From positions 540,101 to 583,276 of the forward strand of contig NW_013657665.1 in assembly GCF_000142905.1 (NCBI RefSeq): a DNA stretch of 43,176 nt, written 5' to 3'. The notes under the pieces were generated by a model. The model was not told where the DNA came from, searched no databases, and saw only the letters and a list, made by a program, of their open reading frames with translations. The translations under genes were made by a program, and so were the position numbers. Positions 1 to 10,217 of this stretch are shown here, one piece after another. Source of the DNA: Thecamonas trahens ATCC 50062 (taxonomy: Eukaryota; Protista; Apusomonadida). Numbering within the stretch: the first letter of the stretch is position 1; every line of letters begins with the position of its first letter.

Positions 1-217
1 AGGGGGGGGGACGGAGGGAGAGAGGGAGGGGTGGGATGGGCGGGTACGGGTGGGGCGTACTTGTGATGATACTGTGTGTGTGTGTGTGTAGGGAGGAGTG
101 TGGCTGTGGTTACAAGAGTTGTGGTTGAGCTTGTGTCGCTACCGCTGCCTGCGTTAATGAGTTCCGAGGGAGGTGGCAGTCGGCGCTGCCGCGTTGTGGG
201 CGTTGGCCGCAATACGG

Positions 218-2094
218 TTATGTGGGCTTGCAGAAGAATCCGTCGAGGGTGGCCTTGGCTTTGCGCTCGTGCATGGCGGCATGAGCGGCGACGTCAGCTA
301 CGGCGACCGCGCGTTTGCAGTCTGGGCAGCGGATGGGCCCAATGGAGCGATCGCGAGGGTCAGCGCTGGACTTGGTGGCGGGGTCGGAGGCAAGGGCGGG
401 GGCGGGGGCGAGGGCCAGTTCGGGCGCGGGACGGGACGGGAGGTGCGCTGCAAACGATGTGAGGAGGCGCGGGCGGGATCGCAGCGGCGGCGAGTGGGCA
501 AGCGGCTTTGGAACTGCGGCAGCGCCTGCTTTTGCTCGCGGTGGTGAGCACGGCGCCGCAGGTGGAGGCAGTAGCCGGGCTTGCCCCTTGAAATGGACGG
601 CCTTGGCGCGCACGGATGGAGCCGGCGGCTCGGCGCTTGGCATTGGTGGTGCGAGAAATGATGTGAGCGCCCGGCTTGGCGTCGCAGAGAGCGGCTCAAA
701 GTCGAGGACGGTGAGGCCGAGGAGGGTGAGGGCAAACGAGCCAGAGCCGATGGCGCGCTTGACGAGCTTGACACCGTGGCGAGCGATGACGGCGGCGTAG
801 ACCTCAAGCGCAGACGAGGCGCCCGTCAGCGGGCTGCCGTTGTCGTCACGCACTGGAAACGTGTACATGGCGCCGAGCTCGGTCGGCAGCGCGCTCGTCT
901 TGGATGCGCTTCGCCGGGTGCCCGCGGACCGGAACGAGACCCGCATCTTGCAGGCGCGGCGGGAGAAGGCTGCAGCGTCAGCCACCATCCGCGCTGCGAG
1001 ATCGCCGGCAAGCAGATGCAGGCGTGTCGAGACGTTGGCCCAGTCGGAGCACCCGCGAAATGAGTCCTCGACCGACATCGACTTGGGCCGCGGCACGCCG
1101 TTTCCGCCCCCGCCGCCATCGCCGGCAACGGTGTCGACGACCGGGTCGTTGTCGACGCCGCGCGCCACTTGGTACAGCCACCGTGCCTTGGCCTCGCCAA
1201 AAAACCGCGCTAGAAACGCTGCGTCAAACTTGCGCAGCTCGGCCACGGTCTCGACTGAGAGTTCGGAGCGGAGCATCTTGCGGGTGGCGTACCCAATGCC
1301 GGTCACGGCTGCACCCGACATGCACCGAGACAGTGAACCAGGGCGGCGTCGCCCATGGCCGACAGCTGCGCCGGCTTGTGCGCCTGCGATGCAAGCTTGG
1401 CCGCGAGCTTGGAGCTGCCCACGCCGCCCGAGGTAGTGAAGCCGGTCGCGGCCTTGATGTCCGCCCGCGCCATCGCCAGCACCGCCGCAGCCAGCGCCAG
1501 CGACCGATCGCAAGACTCAAGCGCGACCCATCCACACCCTCCAGGCCCCGGTCCCAGGACATGGACGGCCTCGACGGCAGCACCGGCTGCCAGCACTGAT
1601 GTCGCCACCTGCGGCGCGGCCTCGAGGCCGGCAACCACGCTTGAGAGATCCATGTACAGCTCGTCGAGGACAAGCTTCTCGACCGGCACGCGGGCGAGAC
1701 CAAGCCGCGCAGCCACGCTGTCGAGCGCAGTCCGCAGTGCGGCGCAGATCGCAGCAGATGCCTCTCGATAGCGGGTCAGATCCTCCCCGTTGACAACGTG
1801 GAGCGTGGGGCAGATGCGCAGCGCATCGGCGACCTTGGACATCTTGGCCACGCCCATGCTCCGCGCCACATAGTTGCACGTCACCAGCAAATACTTTTGC
1901 TTGACGCCTACCGGCTTGCCGACGAGCGCCGGGTCGGCGATCTCCTCGCTCTGCGCGTAGAAGCAGTCGACGTCGAGATGCGCCACAAGCCGCCGCCGCC
2001 CGAGCCCCCGGGCCCGCTTCCCCGCCCGAGCCGCCACCACTGCCTCGGCCACTGCCGGCCTCTTTCGTCCTTGAGAGCCGAGAGAGGCAGCCAT
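218..2094 (-). CDS. POLI: Y-family translesion DNA polymerase, iota-like; one apparent 1-nt deletion at ~1311-1316
   Basis: ATG at 2094. Motifs AHLDVDCFYAQ, KPVGVKQKYLLVTCNYVARSMGV, NGEDLTRYRE, KLVLDELYMD, SKLAAKLAS in ORF 1303..2715; continues in ORF 218..1513 as VTGIGYATRKML (HhH) and KSMSVEDSF. C-terminal CPDC-x11-HAAMH zinc finger and KATLDGFF PIP-like box. Confidence 0.85.
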
Positions 2095-2779
2095 AGCGTG
2101 ATGGTGTGTGGTGTGTGGGTAAGAGTGGTGTATGTGTGTGTGTGGGGTGGGGGGGGGTAGGGTGGTGGGTGGGGGTGGGGTGTGGGTGGCGCCTGTAGGG
2201 NNNNNNNNNNNNNNNNNNNNNNNNNNNNNNNNNNNNNNNNNNNNNNNNNNNNNNNNNNNNNNNNNNNNNNNNNNNNNNNNNNNNNNNNNNNNNNNNNNNN
2301 NNNNNNNNNNNNNNNNNNNNNNNNNNNNNNNNNNNNNNNNNNNNNNNNNNNNNNNNNNNNNNNNNNNNNNNNNNNNNNNNNNNNNNNNNNNNNNNNNNNN
2401 NNNNNNNNNNNNNNNNNNNNNNNNNNNNNNNNNNNNNNNNNNNNNNNNNNNNNNNNNNNNNNNNNNNNNNNNNNNNNNNNNNNNNNNNNNNNNNNNNNNN
2501 NNNNNNNNNNNNNNNNNNNNNNNNNNNNNNNNNNNNNNNNNNNNNNNNNNNNNNNNNNNNNNNNNNNNNNNNNNNNNNNNNNNNNNNNNNNNNNNNNNNN
2601 NNNNNNNNNNNNNNNNNNNNNNNNNNNNNNNNNNNNNNNNNNNNNNNNNNNNNNNNNNNNNNNNNNNNNNNNNNNNNNNNNNNNNNNNNNNNNNNNNNNN
2701 NNNNNNNNNNGCCATCGTTTCGCTTATTCGGTGAGGTGTAAAAAGGTCGCAGTTTCCAGCAGCCGCTTGCTCGTGGGGT

Positions 2780-2825
2780 GCTCATGGACCGTGCCCATCG
2801 ACGGCTCATGGACCGCGCCCATCGA
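2780..2825. repeat. Two-copy 24-bp direct repeat (gctcatggaccgYgcccatcga)
   Basis: gctcatggaccgtgcccatcgacg followed by gctcatggaccgcgcccatcga, in the divergent intergenic region between the polymerase and heliorhodopsin. Confidence 0.75.
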
Positions 2826-3219
2826 AAGCCCACTGACGAGACACACAAAACCAGACAGCAGCCGCCCCTTATCCTGCGGAACATTATCTTTGTCCACTCT
2901 GTTGTTGTCACGGCGCCCGAACACTGCTAGACTGGGCCAGACAGCAGCCCAGCCTGATCCCAGCCAGCCACGGCCGGGCGCCTGCTACTGGTCTATCGCC
3001 AACCAGTAGGCAGGCTGCATGCGCACCCAGCGCAAGCCAATGCCTGTCTGGTCCGCCACAGCGCTATCCTCTGGATTACGTCAGAATAGCAATGCTTCGG
3101 GAAGTCGATGTTGACAGGAACGGGATGACGTGACCGTGTGGAGTCTCAACGAACAAAAAGGCCGTCACACGCACCGACACGGACATACAGTGCAGTTCGT
3201 CTACACCGCTCCCCCCCGC

Positions 3220-4128
3220 ATGGCCCCCACACGAACCGCGCCAATGTCCACAACCTCGTCCTACTCGTCAAGCCAGCACGGAACTACGACGCATTCGTCA
3301 AGCGAGAGCGGGTCCGCCGGTGGCAACCGGCCGTGGCTCAACGTTCTCGCCCGTCAACAGCCGCTGGCCACTGGCATCGATGCGGCGCGGCTGGACAACG
3401 TGTGGGCATGGAACGTCGGGCTCACCATTCTGCATGCGGTGCAGGGCGTGGCGATCATGGCGCTCGGTACCGGGTTCCGCATTCCCATCACCGCTGCCTT
3501 TCCGGACGGCCCGCCAGGCTCGGCCCTCCCAGCGCCGGGCAAACAGTTCAATGTCGACGTCGGTGTCATGGTCGGCGTCTTCCTCCTCCTCGCTGCGCTC
3601 GACCACGGGCTGACGGCTAGCGTCTTCCGCGGGCGGTACGAGAAGGACCTCGCGCTTGGCATCAACCGCTTCCGCTGGATCGAGTACGCCATCTCGGCCA
3701 CCATCATGATCTCGCTCATCTCGCTCTACACCGGCATGACCCAGTTTGTGACTCAGCTCGGGGTCATCGGATGCAACGTCTCCATGATCATGTTTGGCCA
3801 TTTGCAGGAGAAGATGAACCCGCCGAGCCGGACCGAGACGACGTACACTCCATTCATCTTTGGCTGCTTTGCCGGCATCATCCCTTGGATCGGGCTCTGG
3901 TTCCAGATCATCGGCTCGTCGACCGTACCCGGGTTTGTCTACGGCATCATCATCTCCGAGTTTATTCTCTTCTTCTCCTTTGGCGTCAACCAGCTGCTGC
4001 AGTACCTCGGCGTCGGCTGGTGGGCATCGTACGGATTCGGCGAAAAGGTCTACCTCGTCCTCTCGCTCGTTGCCAAGTCGGTCCTCGCCTGGCAGATTTA
4101 CGGCGGCTCGCTCTCTGATGACGAGTAG
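3220..4128 (+). CDS. Heliorhodopsin
   Basis: Seven hydrophobic helices with heliorhodopsin hallmarks: TM1 LHAVQG, GPPG loop, TM2 His (LDHG), GINRFRWIEYAISA (counterion E), FGHLQE, PFIFGC, VPGFVY, GEKVYLVLSLVAKSVLAWQIYG (SxxxK retinal lysine). Start at ATG 3220 or 3244; no intron. Confidence 0.95.
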   Translation: MAPTRTAPMSTTSSYSSSQHGTTTHSSSESGSAGGNRPWLNVLARQQPLATGIDAARLDNVWAWNVGLTILHAVQGVAIMALGTGFRIPITAAFPDGPPGSALPAPGKQFNVDVGVMVGVFLLLAALDHGLTASVFRGRYEKDLALGINRFRWIEYAISATIMISLISLYTGMTQFVTQLGVIGCNVSMIMFGHLQEKMNPPSRTETTYTPFIFGCFAGIIPWIGLWFQIIGSSTVPGFVYGIIISEFILFFSFGVNQLLQYLGVGWWASYGFGEKVYLVLSLVAKSVLAWQIYGGSLSDDE

Positions 4129-4207
4129 TTGCCCGCATCCACTCTGTCGGCAGTATCGCGCTGTAGTAAACAACGTCAAACTTCGCATCACCTCACTCCT
4201 GACACGG

Positions 4208-5083
4208 ATGGCGTCTTCTCCGTCGAAGCCATCGAATGTCTCCGCCGCGGCAGCGAGCCCGGACCTCGCCCGGGCCGAGGCCGCCATCGCCGCTGCCCGC
4301 GGCTTTAGCGTCCACGTCCTGCACGACACCGCAGATACCTTTGCGTACGTGGCAGTCGGACGGGGTCTGCTCCCGCTCGAGCTCGCCGATGCGGCTTGGG
4401 CTGAGGCGAGCGTGCCGGCGCACGAGGCTGCGCAAATTGTCGATGGCTCGCTGGCGACGAGCTCCGGTCCTATGGCGTGGAGCCAGGATGAGGTAACGGT
4501 GGGTGGGCGGGTGGTCCGCGAGCCGCGCCTGACCGCGTTCCTTGCCTCGGCGGCCGACGTTGTCTATACCTACTCGGGCAAGGCCAATCTCGGCCGCGCG
4601 TTTCCGCCGGCGGTCTCCGCTGTCCGCGCTTGGCTCGCCGACGCGCTCGAGCGCGGCGACGACGAGTACTGGAACGCGTGCCTCGCAAATTGCTACATCG
4701 ATGGCTCGCAGGCTGTGGGCTGGCACTCGGATGCCGAGGACGATCTCGTCCCAGGTTCACCCATCGTCACCGTCTCGCTCGGCGCCACACGTGGGCTGCA
4801 CTTTCGCTCTCGCGCCGCCTCTGACCTTTTTGTCGCCCAGAACGACGCCCGACATGCCCGCAAGCACCGCCCGCTCACTGCCGCCGAAGCCGAGGTCCTT
4901 GCCACTCCCACACCCACCGATCTTGTCCTGGATCTCGCCCACGGCGACGTGCTCATCATGGGCGGCATGACCCAGAGCCTCTTCCGCCATCGGCTCGTCC
5001 GCGACGCCGACTGCCATCTCCCGCGCATCGTCTTAACCTTCCGCGCCGTCGTCCCCTCTGCCCTCGCGCCTCCCCCCCTGTAG
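4208..5083 (+). CDS. AlkB-family Fe(II)/2OG dioxygenase, ALKBH2/ALKBH3-like
   Basis: PRLTA, YTYSG, NACLANCYIDGSQAVGWHSD (HxD), IVTVSLGATR, distal His (FRHRL), RIVLTFR. ATG 4208 lies within ORF 3860..5083. Confidence 0.88.
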   Translation: MASSPSKPSNVSAAAASPDLARAEAAIAAARGFSVHVLHDTADTFAYVAVGRGLLPLELADAAWAEASVPAHEAAQIVDGSLATSSGPMAWSQDEVTVGGRVVREPRLTAFLASAADVVYTYSGKANLGRAFPPAVSAVRAWLADALERGDDEYWNACLANCYIDGSQAVGWHSDAEDDLVPGSPIVTVSLGATRGLHFRSRAASDLFVAQNDARHARKHRPLTAAEAEVLATPTPTDLVLDLAHGDVLIMGGMTQSLFRHRLVRDADCHLPRIVLTFRAVVPSALAPPPL

Positions 5084-5161
5084 CCCATCAGCAGCTTCGT
5101 CATCCACGGCAGCAACCCATTACCAGCTGACGGAGCCCTACCCCCCTCGCGTCGTAAGCAG

Positions 5162-5240
5162 TGCCAAAAGGCAGCGCCAAAGGGCAGCGCCAAAAGGGCA
5201 GCGCCAAAAGGCAGCGCCCAAAGGGCAGCGCCAAAAGGGA
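5162..5240. repeat. Minisatellite, ~13-14-bp unit (gcgccaaaagggca), about 6 copies
   Basis: Directly visible degenerate tandem copies just downstream of the AlkB gene. Confidence 0.8.
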
Positions 5241-5447
5241 AGCAGGGGCGCCAGGGACAGACCGCCACCATGCACCCACTCCCCCCCCCCCTATCCCCCT
5301 CCCCCCTATNNNNNNNNNNNNNNNNNNNNNNNNNNNNNNNNNNNNNNNNNNNNNNNNNNNNNNNNNNNNNNNNNNNNNNNNNNNNNNNNNNNNNNNNNNN
5401 NNNNNNNNNTCACCTCACCCCTCCCTCATCCCCTCCAGCCAGTAGCC

Positions 5448-6581
5448 ATGTCTCAGGTCCCCCGCAGACTGCAGGAGGACGCCTTGCTGAGGGTCCGTCC
5501 CACAGGCCTCCGTGCCGCCACTGCCCGCCCTATGACCATGCTTGCCGCCTTTTCAGGCTCCGAGTCGTCGGCCTCGCCGCCGGCCTTCTCGCCGGGCATG
5601 GACTCGCCGCGGCCGCCGCCACAGGCTGGCCTCTCTGGCTTTGGCGGGCCGGTAGTGGCCCCGCGGCTGGCGGGAACAACCGGCGCGCTTACTGCTGACC
5701 AGCAGCAGTGGGTTGCGGCCGTCCGCTCGCGTATCTCGTCGCAGTCGCGCTCGCGCTCGCGGTCGTCGTCGCTCGCGCCGGCGCGGCCGCGGGCACCAGC
5801 CCGGGCCGAGATCACGCCGCAGCGCGCAGGAGTCATGGCTGCCGCCACACTCATGCCGCCGCCGACCACCACGCTCAAGCGCCGTCGCGACGAGGGCGCG
5901 CTGGCCCGCCAGGGTGCCGTGCCGACGTTTGTCACGCCGCGTGCCGCCCAGGCCGTCTCCGTCAAGCGCCGTCGCGTCGCCCTTGACCGCGCCGCACCCG
6001 GCGGCTTCTCCAACCTCATCCGCATGGCGCGCGTCCAAGCCTTTGGTCAGACCGTCAAAGAGCTTGACGTGGTCATGACCCTCGTCCGCAAGACCATCGA
6101 GCAGCTCCGCATGGAGGGCGCTGCCTTTCCCGAGTACACCCGCTTCCAAGCCGAGCTCGAGGGCGAGTTCCACAACTTGCTCAGCCTTATGGACGAGCAG
6201 CGCTCGCTCGAGCGCGGCACTGCGGCCGTTGTTGACGCCAAGAAGGACCTGCGCGCAAAAATCCTCGCCCAGAAGAAGCACATCGCCCACCAGGAGGCCC
6301 TCATCGCCAAGGCCCAAGCCGAGCTCGACGCCGTCACTGCTGACGTCCACGCTGCAGAGGGCGCCCATGACTTTGTCTCGGCTCTCCAGCGCCTTGTTTC
6401 CACCTCGGCCACAGACGCCGCTTCGCGCCCCTCATCCGCCGCCGCCACCTCGCGCGCCCACCACACAAATCTGCAGGCTCAGCTTGTCGCCGCCGTCACC
6501 GCCGCCTCCAACCTCGACCATCTCCGCGCCATCAACGAGCGCCTTGCCGCTACCGTCGTTGCTGTCTCGGCGGAGCGCTAG
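5448..6581 (+). CDS. Coiled-coil protein, probable CENP-U/Ame1 kinetochore homologue
   Basis: Disordered S/P/R-rich N-half, then VKELDVV...long heptad coil...AHDFVSALQRL...TNLQAQL, matching the order and approximate spacing of CENP-U motifs recalled from memory (IKELNIVL, AAYFLSNLKQL, SSLPALL). Confidence 0.55.
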   Translation: MSQVPRRLQEDALLRVRPTGLRAATARPMTMLAAFSGSESSASPPAFSPGMDSPRPPPQAGLSGFGGPVVAPRLAGTTGALTADQQQWVAAVRSRISSQSRSRSRSSSLAPARPRAPARAEITPQRAGVMAAATLMPPPTTTLKRRRDEGALARQGAVPTFVTPRAAQAVSVKRRRVALDRAAPGGFSNLIRMARVQAFGQTVKELDVVMTLVRKTIEQLRMEGAAFPEYTRFQAELEGEFHNLLSLMDEQRSLERGTAAVVDAKKDLRAKILAQKKHIAHQEALIAKAQAELDAVTADVHAAEGAHDFVSALQRLVSTSATDAASRPSSAAATSRAHHTNLQAQLVAAVTAASNLDHLRAINERLAATVVAVSAER

Positions 6582-6625
6582 CCGGCACCTCTAAATGTCA
6601 TACCTGTCTGGTCCAACCTCGCCGT

Positions 6626-8641
6626 TTAGTTAAGTCCGGACGGCCCTGACGGACCGGCTGAGCTTCCACTGGCACCTCCTTGACCGCGCCGGCGCCACTT
6701 GCCACGCTTGATCTTGACCTTTTTCCGTCGGCTCGGTGTGACGAGGTTCGGGCACGACCTCTCCGCCAGCCGCTCCAGCGCCTCTACACTGGTATCAGCT
6801 CCCTCGAGCGTGAGCTCGCGCAGGTTCTTGAGCGAAGCCAAGAGCGGGAGATGAGCGTCGACAATGGTGTCGTTGGCGCAGCTGAGCCGGAGTCGAGTCA
6901 GTCGAGTCAGCCGCCCCACAGCGCGCAAATCGGACGGTGTGAGCCACCCGACGTGCGGCAACATGGTACCCGGGACTGCCGATTCGACCTGGCCGGCTGC
7001 AGCGGCAAAGCCTGTCACTGCCGCCCCGGATTGCGTCTTCTTGAACGACGGCAGCTGCTCCGAGGAGATCGACGCCGTCACGTCGAGGACGGTAAGGTTC
7101 GGAACCCTGCTGAGGAACTTCGAGAAGAGCGACGGCTGCGACCGGAACATGTCAAAACGGTTGTGGAGGTTGAGATCCACGAGCTTGGGCATCGGTGCAA
7201 TGCGGTCCAAAAGGTCCGCTGCAGGCGTTTCAAACGAGTCGACCGTAATGAGCCGCGCCGAAAAGTCGAGCCTGCTCAAGTGCCGGAGCGAGTGGGAGAT
7301 GACCGGCAGAATCTCGAGGCTCGCTATCGACCAGTCAATGGCTAACATCCGCAGCTGCGGCATGTTCTCACAAATGACTTGGACACACTCGTTGTTGATC
7401 CCGCACTTGGAGAGATAGAGCATGTTGCAGTGCTGGAGCGTCCGCAGCATCGGCATCAGCTTGGCTGCCTTCACTCCGAGCATGTGACTGGCAGTGACAC
7501 ACGGCACGTTTGCGAACAGAGGGTTGCCGCCAAAGAGAGCCTCCATCGCACCGCTGGTCATGCCAATCGGCGAGTCGACTTTGAGCAAATTGTCGAGGCG
7601 CAGCTGGCACGAGCTCGCCACCAGCATCGCCACCCGCCGCCAACGCTTGCACACTGCCGCCACCGTACCAAGCCACGTCCACTTTCGGGAGACGGCGAGG
7701 ATCCTCACCAGCACAAAGGTTGGCAGCCGCGCCCACTCGGCCTCCCCGTCTGTGCCAATCCGCTCCGCGTCGTCCGCCACCAGCGCACGCGCCTCGGCCT
7801 CGCGCCACTCGACCGCCTCGATGCTAGGCAGCTGCTCCAAGCCGATGTCAAACGATGTCAGCAACTTGTTCCGATTCCCGAAATGCATGCTCGCTCTTCC
7901 GAGTTGCTCTTCGAGTCTCCGATTGAGCGGCGGCAGCGCGGCCATGATTTGGGCCACGCTGTCGGAGTTCCCATCGTCGAGGAGTGCGCTGTATGCGGAC
8001 GCAGAGACGAGTGCCTTGGCGGGCGCAGGCGCGGGGGCTGAGGCAGGCGCAAGCGCGGGGGTTGAGGCAGGCGCTGGAGCGGGGGTTGAGGCAGGCGCCG
8101 GGGCCGGCGCTGGAGCGGGCGCAGCGGGCGAGGTGTGCGACGCAACGCTCGCTGTTTGGATGACGCCAAACAATGCCATGAATGGGTCGACAGCCACGCT
8201 GGCCAACTGGCGTCCGGTGCCGGGCGCAGACAGAGTGGGCCGACGGGCGATGGCACGGCTTGGCCCGAAGCGACCGGAAGCGGCCATGTCTGCCACTACC
8301 ACGAGCGAGTCAATCGTCTCCGGATCGGCAGCGAGCGGGTCGTCAGTGCTGGCGCGTGTAGTGGCAGCAGAGACAACCGCAGCGTGTAGCGCGTCCAGCG
8401 CCGCGGCCACGGCCTCCTCGCCACCGTCCAACTCAAGCGTCTGCATCATCCAACTCTTCAGCTCCGCCATGCGCACGTTCGGTGACCGATCCTGCCCCCG
8501 GGCGCCCTCGCCACCAGCCCCACGCTTCCTCCCGCTCCCTTTCGAGCAACCAGAGTCGACCGCCGCCACCTCTGCGGCCAATGCTGCCATGAAAGACGCC
8601 ACGTCGGCCTGTCGCACCCGTACGCGGTCAGGAGCGAGCAT
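6626..8641 (-). CDS. F-box/LRR-repeat protein
   Basis: F-box WARLPTFVLVRILAV...AAVCKRWRRVA followed by RNI-type LRRs (LYLSKCGINNECVQVICENMPQLRML, LRHLSRLDFS, LTRLTRLRLS, LKNLRELTL); PAPAS repeat linker; basic C-terminus. Start at ATG 8641 is tentative because a gap lies upstream. Confidence 0.8.
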   Translation of the reverse strand: MLAPDRVRVRQADVASFMAALAAEVAAVDSGCSKGSGRKRGAGGEGARGQDRSPNVRMAELKSWMMQTLELDGGEEAVAAALDALHAAVVSAATTRASTDDPLAADPETIDSLVVVADMAASGRFGPSRAIARRPTLSAPGTGRQLASVAVDPFMALFGVIQTASVASHTSPAAPAPAPAPAPASTPAPAPASTPALAPASAPAPAPAKALVSASAYSALLDDGNSDSVAQIMAALPPLNRRLEEQLGRASMHFGNRNKLLTSFDIGLEQLPSIEAVEWREAEARALVADDAERIGTDGEAEWARLPTFVLVRILAVSRKWTWLGTVAAVCKRWRRVAMLVASSCQLRLDNLLKVDSPIGMTSGAMEALFGGNPLFANVPCVTASHMLGVKAAKLMPMLRTLQHCNMLYLSKCGINNECVQVICENMPQLRMLAIDWSIASLEILPVISHSLRHLSRLDFSARLITVDSFETPAADLLDRIAPMPKLVDLNLHNRFDMFRSQPSLFSKFLSRVPNLTVLDVTASISSEQLPSFKKTQSGAAVTGFAAAAGQVESAVPGTMLPHVGWLTPSDLRAVGRLTRLTRLRLSCANDTIVDAHLPLLASLKNLRELTLEGADTSVEALERLAERSCPNLVTPSRRKKVKIKRGKWRRRGQGGASGSSAGPSGPSGLN

Positions 8642-9214
8642 ATCAACCAGCAACAGAGAAAGAGAGGCGGGTTGCTTGCTTGGTCGGTCTGTCAGTCTGT
8701 CGGTCGGGTGGGGGTGGGCGGGACTGTCCCTCCACCGCAAGGTAGTGGCCTGCCACTTCTGTCGTCCGAATCCGCCCCAAAGTGCGGTCAGTCTGCCTAC
8801 CCCCCCCCCCCCCCCACCCCACCCCACCCCACCCGCCCCTCCTCCCCTNNNNNNNNNNNNNNNNNNNNNNNNNNNNNNNNNNNNNNNNNNNNNNNNNNNN
8901 NNNNNNNNNNNNNNNNNNNNNNNNNNNNNNNNNNNNNNNNNNNNNNNNNNNNNNNNNNNNNNNNNNNNNNNNNNNNNNNNNNNNNNNNNNNNNNNNNNNN
9001 NNNNNNNNNNNNNNNNNNNNNNNNNNNNNNNNNNNNNNNNNNNNNNNNNNNNNNNNNNNNNNNNNNNNNNNNNNNNNNNNNNNNNNNNNNNNNNNNNNNN
9101 NNNNNNNNNNNNNNNNNNNNNNNNNNNNNNNNNNNNNNNNNNNNNNNNNNNNNNNNNNNNNNNNNNNNNNNNNNNNNNNNNNNNNNNNNNNNNNNNNNNN
9201 NNNNNNNNNNNNNN

Positions 9215-10217
9215 CTCCACAGGCACAAAGTCGTGGCTCGGCCTCCGCTCGCTCCCGCTGCCGTCCTCCCGCTCCTCATGGGGCCTGGCTGCCGGCGCCG
9301 TCACCCTCACCAGCCTCGGCGCGTACCTCTTTGCTTCGCTGGCCCACCGCGTCGAGCCGCTGGCGCCGTTCATCGACTCAGAGCTGGCTCGCATGCGCAA
9401 GGCCCGTGCCGCCGACACCGATGCTGCCGAGCCCGAACGCGAGCCCGAGTCGGACGACGCTGATACCGATGACGCCTCCTGGGTCGAGTCGCTTGCGCTC
9501 GAGACCGCGCTCGGCTACCGCCGCGAGGCCGGCGAGCTCGACGGGCGTGGACGGCTGCTTGCTCCGCCGCAAGTTGTTTCGCGGCTGGGCGTGGCGTTCA
9601 AGGTCAACGGCGTGGCCTTTGTTGCCTCGGACGGCACTCGCTACTCTTCTGCCTTTTCGTCGCGAGTCTCGCAGCTCCTGCAGTACGCACCGGTCGGTGC
9701 CGGCTCGGGGCTGGACGCCGTCGCCGGCCTCGATGGCTTGCTCGACTACAACCTCATTGTCCGCGAGCGTGTCTTTCCCATCGCAGACTCGATGTATGCC
9801 GAGGCGCTCGAGGAGGGCTGGCGTTCGGTCCACTACGCCGCAGGCAAGCCGCTACCCGGCGAGCCGGCTGGCGCACCTCCGCCATGGGCTGCCCCCAACG
9901 ACACCTCCTACCACCCACCGCTGGGATACGTTGTCGAAAAGGTCGAGCTCTGTGGTCGCGCCCAGGTCTACACCCTCGTCGTCGTCGTCATCGATCACAC
10001 CGCAAACTTTATGCGCAAGATCGAGCTGACCGTCACCCCCGACTACGCCATCGCCCGCAAGGCCGGCGTCTTTATTGCCGTCGAGGGTCTCCGCAACCGC
10101 TGGCTTCCGCCGCTGGCAGCTATGGTCAACCACTTTGTTGCTGTCGCCGCTGTCGCCGACAGGGACCTCGCTGACGCCGCCGCCGCCGCCGCGCCCGCCA
10201 AGCCTACTCACCGGTAG
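9215..10217 (+). CDS. Hypothetical protein, 5' end in assembly gap, one N-terminal hydrophobic segment
   Basis: Open frame from the gap to TAG 10217 with the GC3-rich codon usage of neighbouring genes; hydrophobic GLAAGAVTLTSLGAYLFA, an acidic linker and a globular-looking C-terminal region. Confidence 0.65.

Noticed and set aside
1303-2911. ORFs extended through N-runs (1303..2715, 6626..9418, 7494..10217, 39725..41440)
   Set aside because: Artefacts of translating assembly gaps; starts were reassigned to in-sequence ATGs where possible.
3130-4128. Bacterial contamination as the source of the heliorhodopsin or the 2166-aa gene
   Set aside because: Both are contiguous with eukaryotic genes (for the heliorhodopsin, across short scaffold gaps) and share their codon style.
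3860-5083. Heliorhodopsin-AlkB fusion, suggested by the AlkB frame being open back into the heliorhodopsin gene
   Set aside because: The heliorhodopsin ends normally after TM7 and its C-terminus faces outward. The frame offset is opposite to the single-base-loss pattern seen elsewhere, and long open frames are expected in GC-rich DNA.
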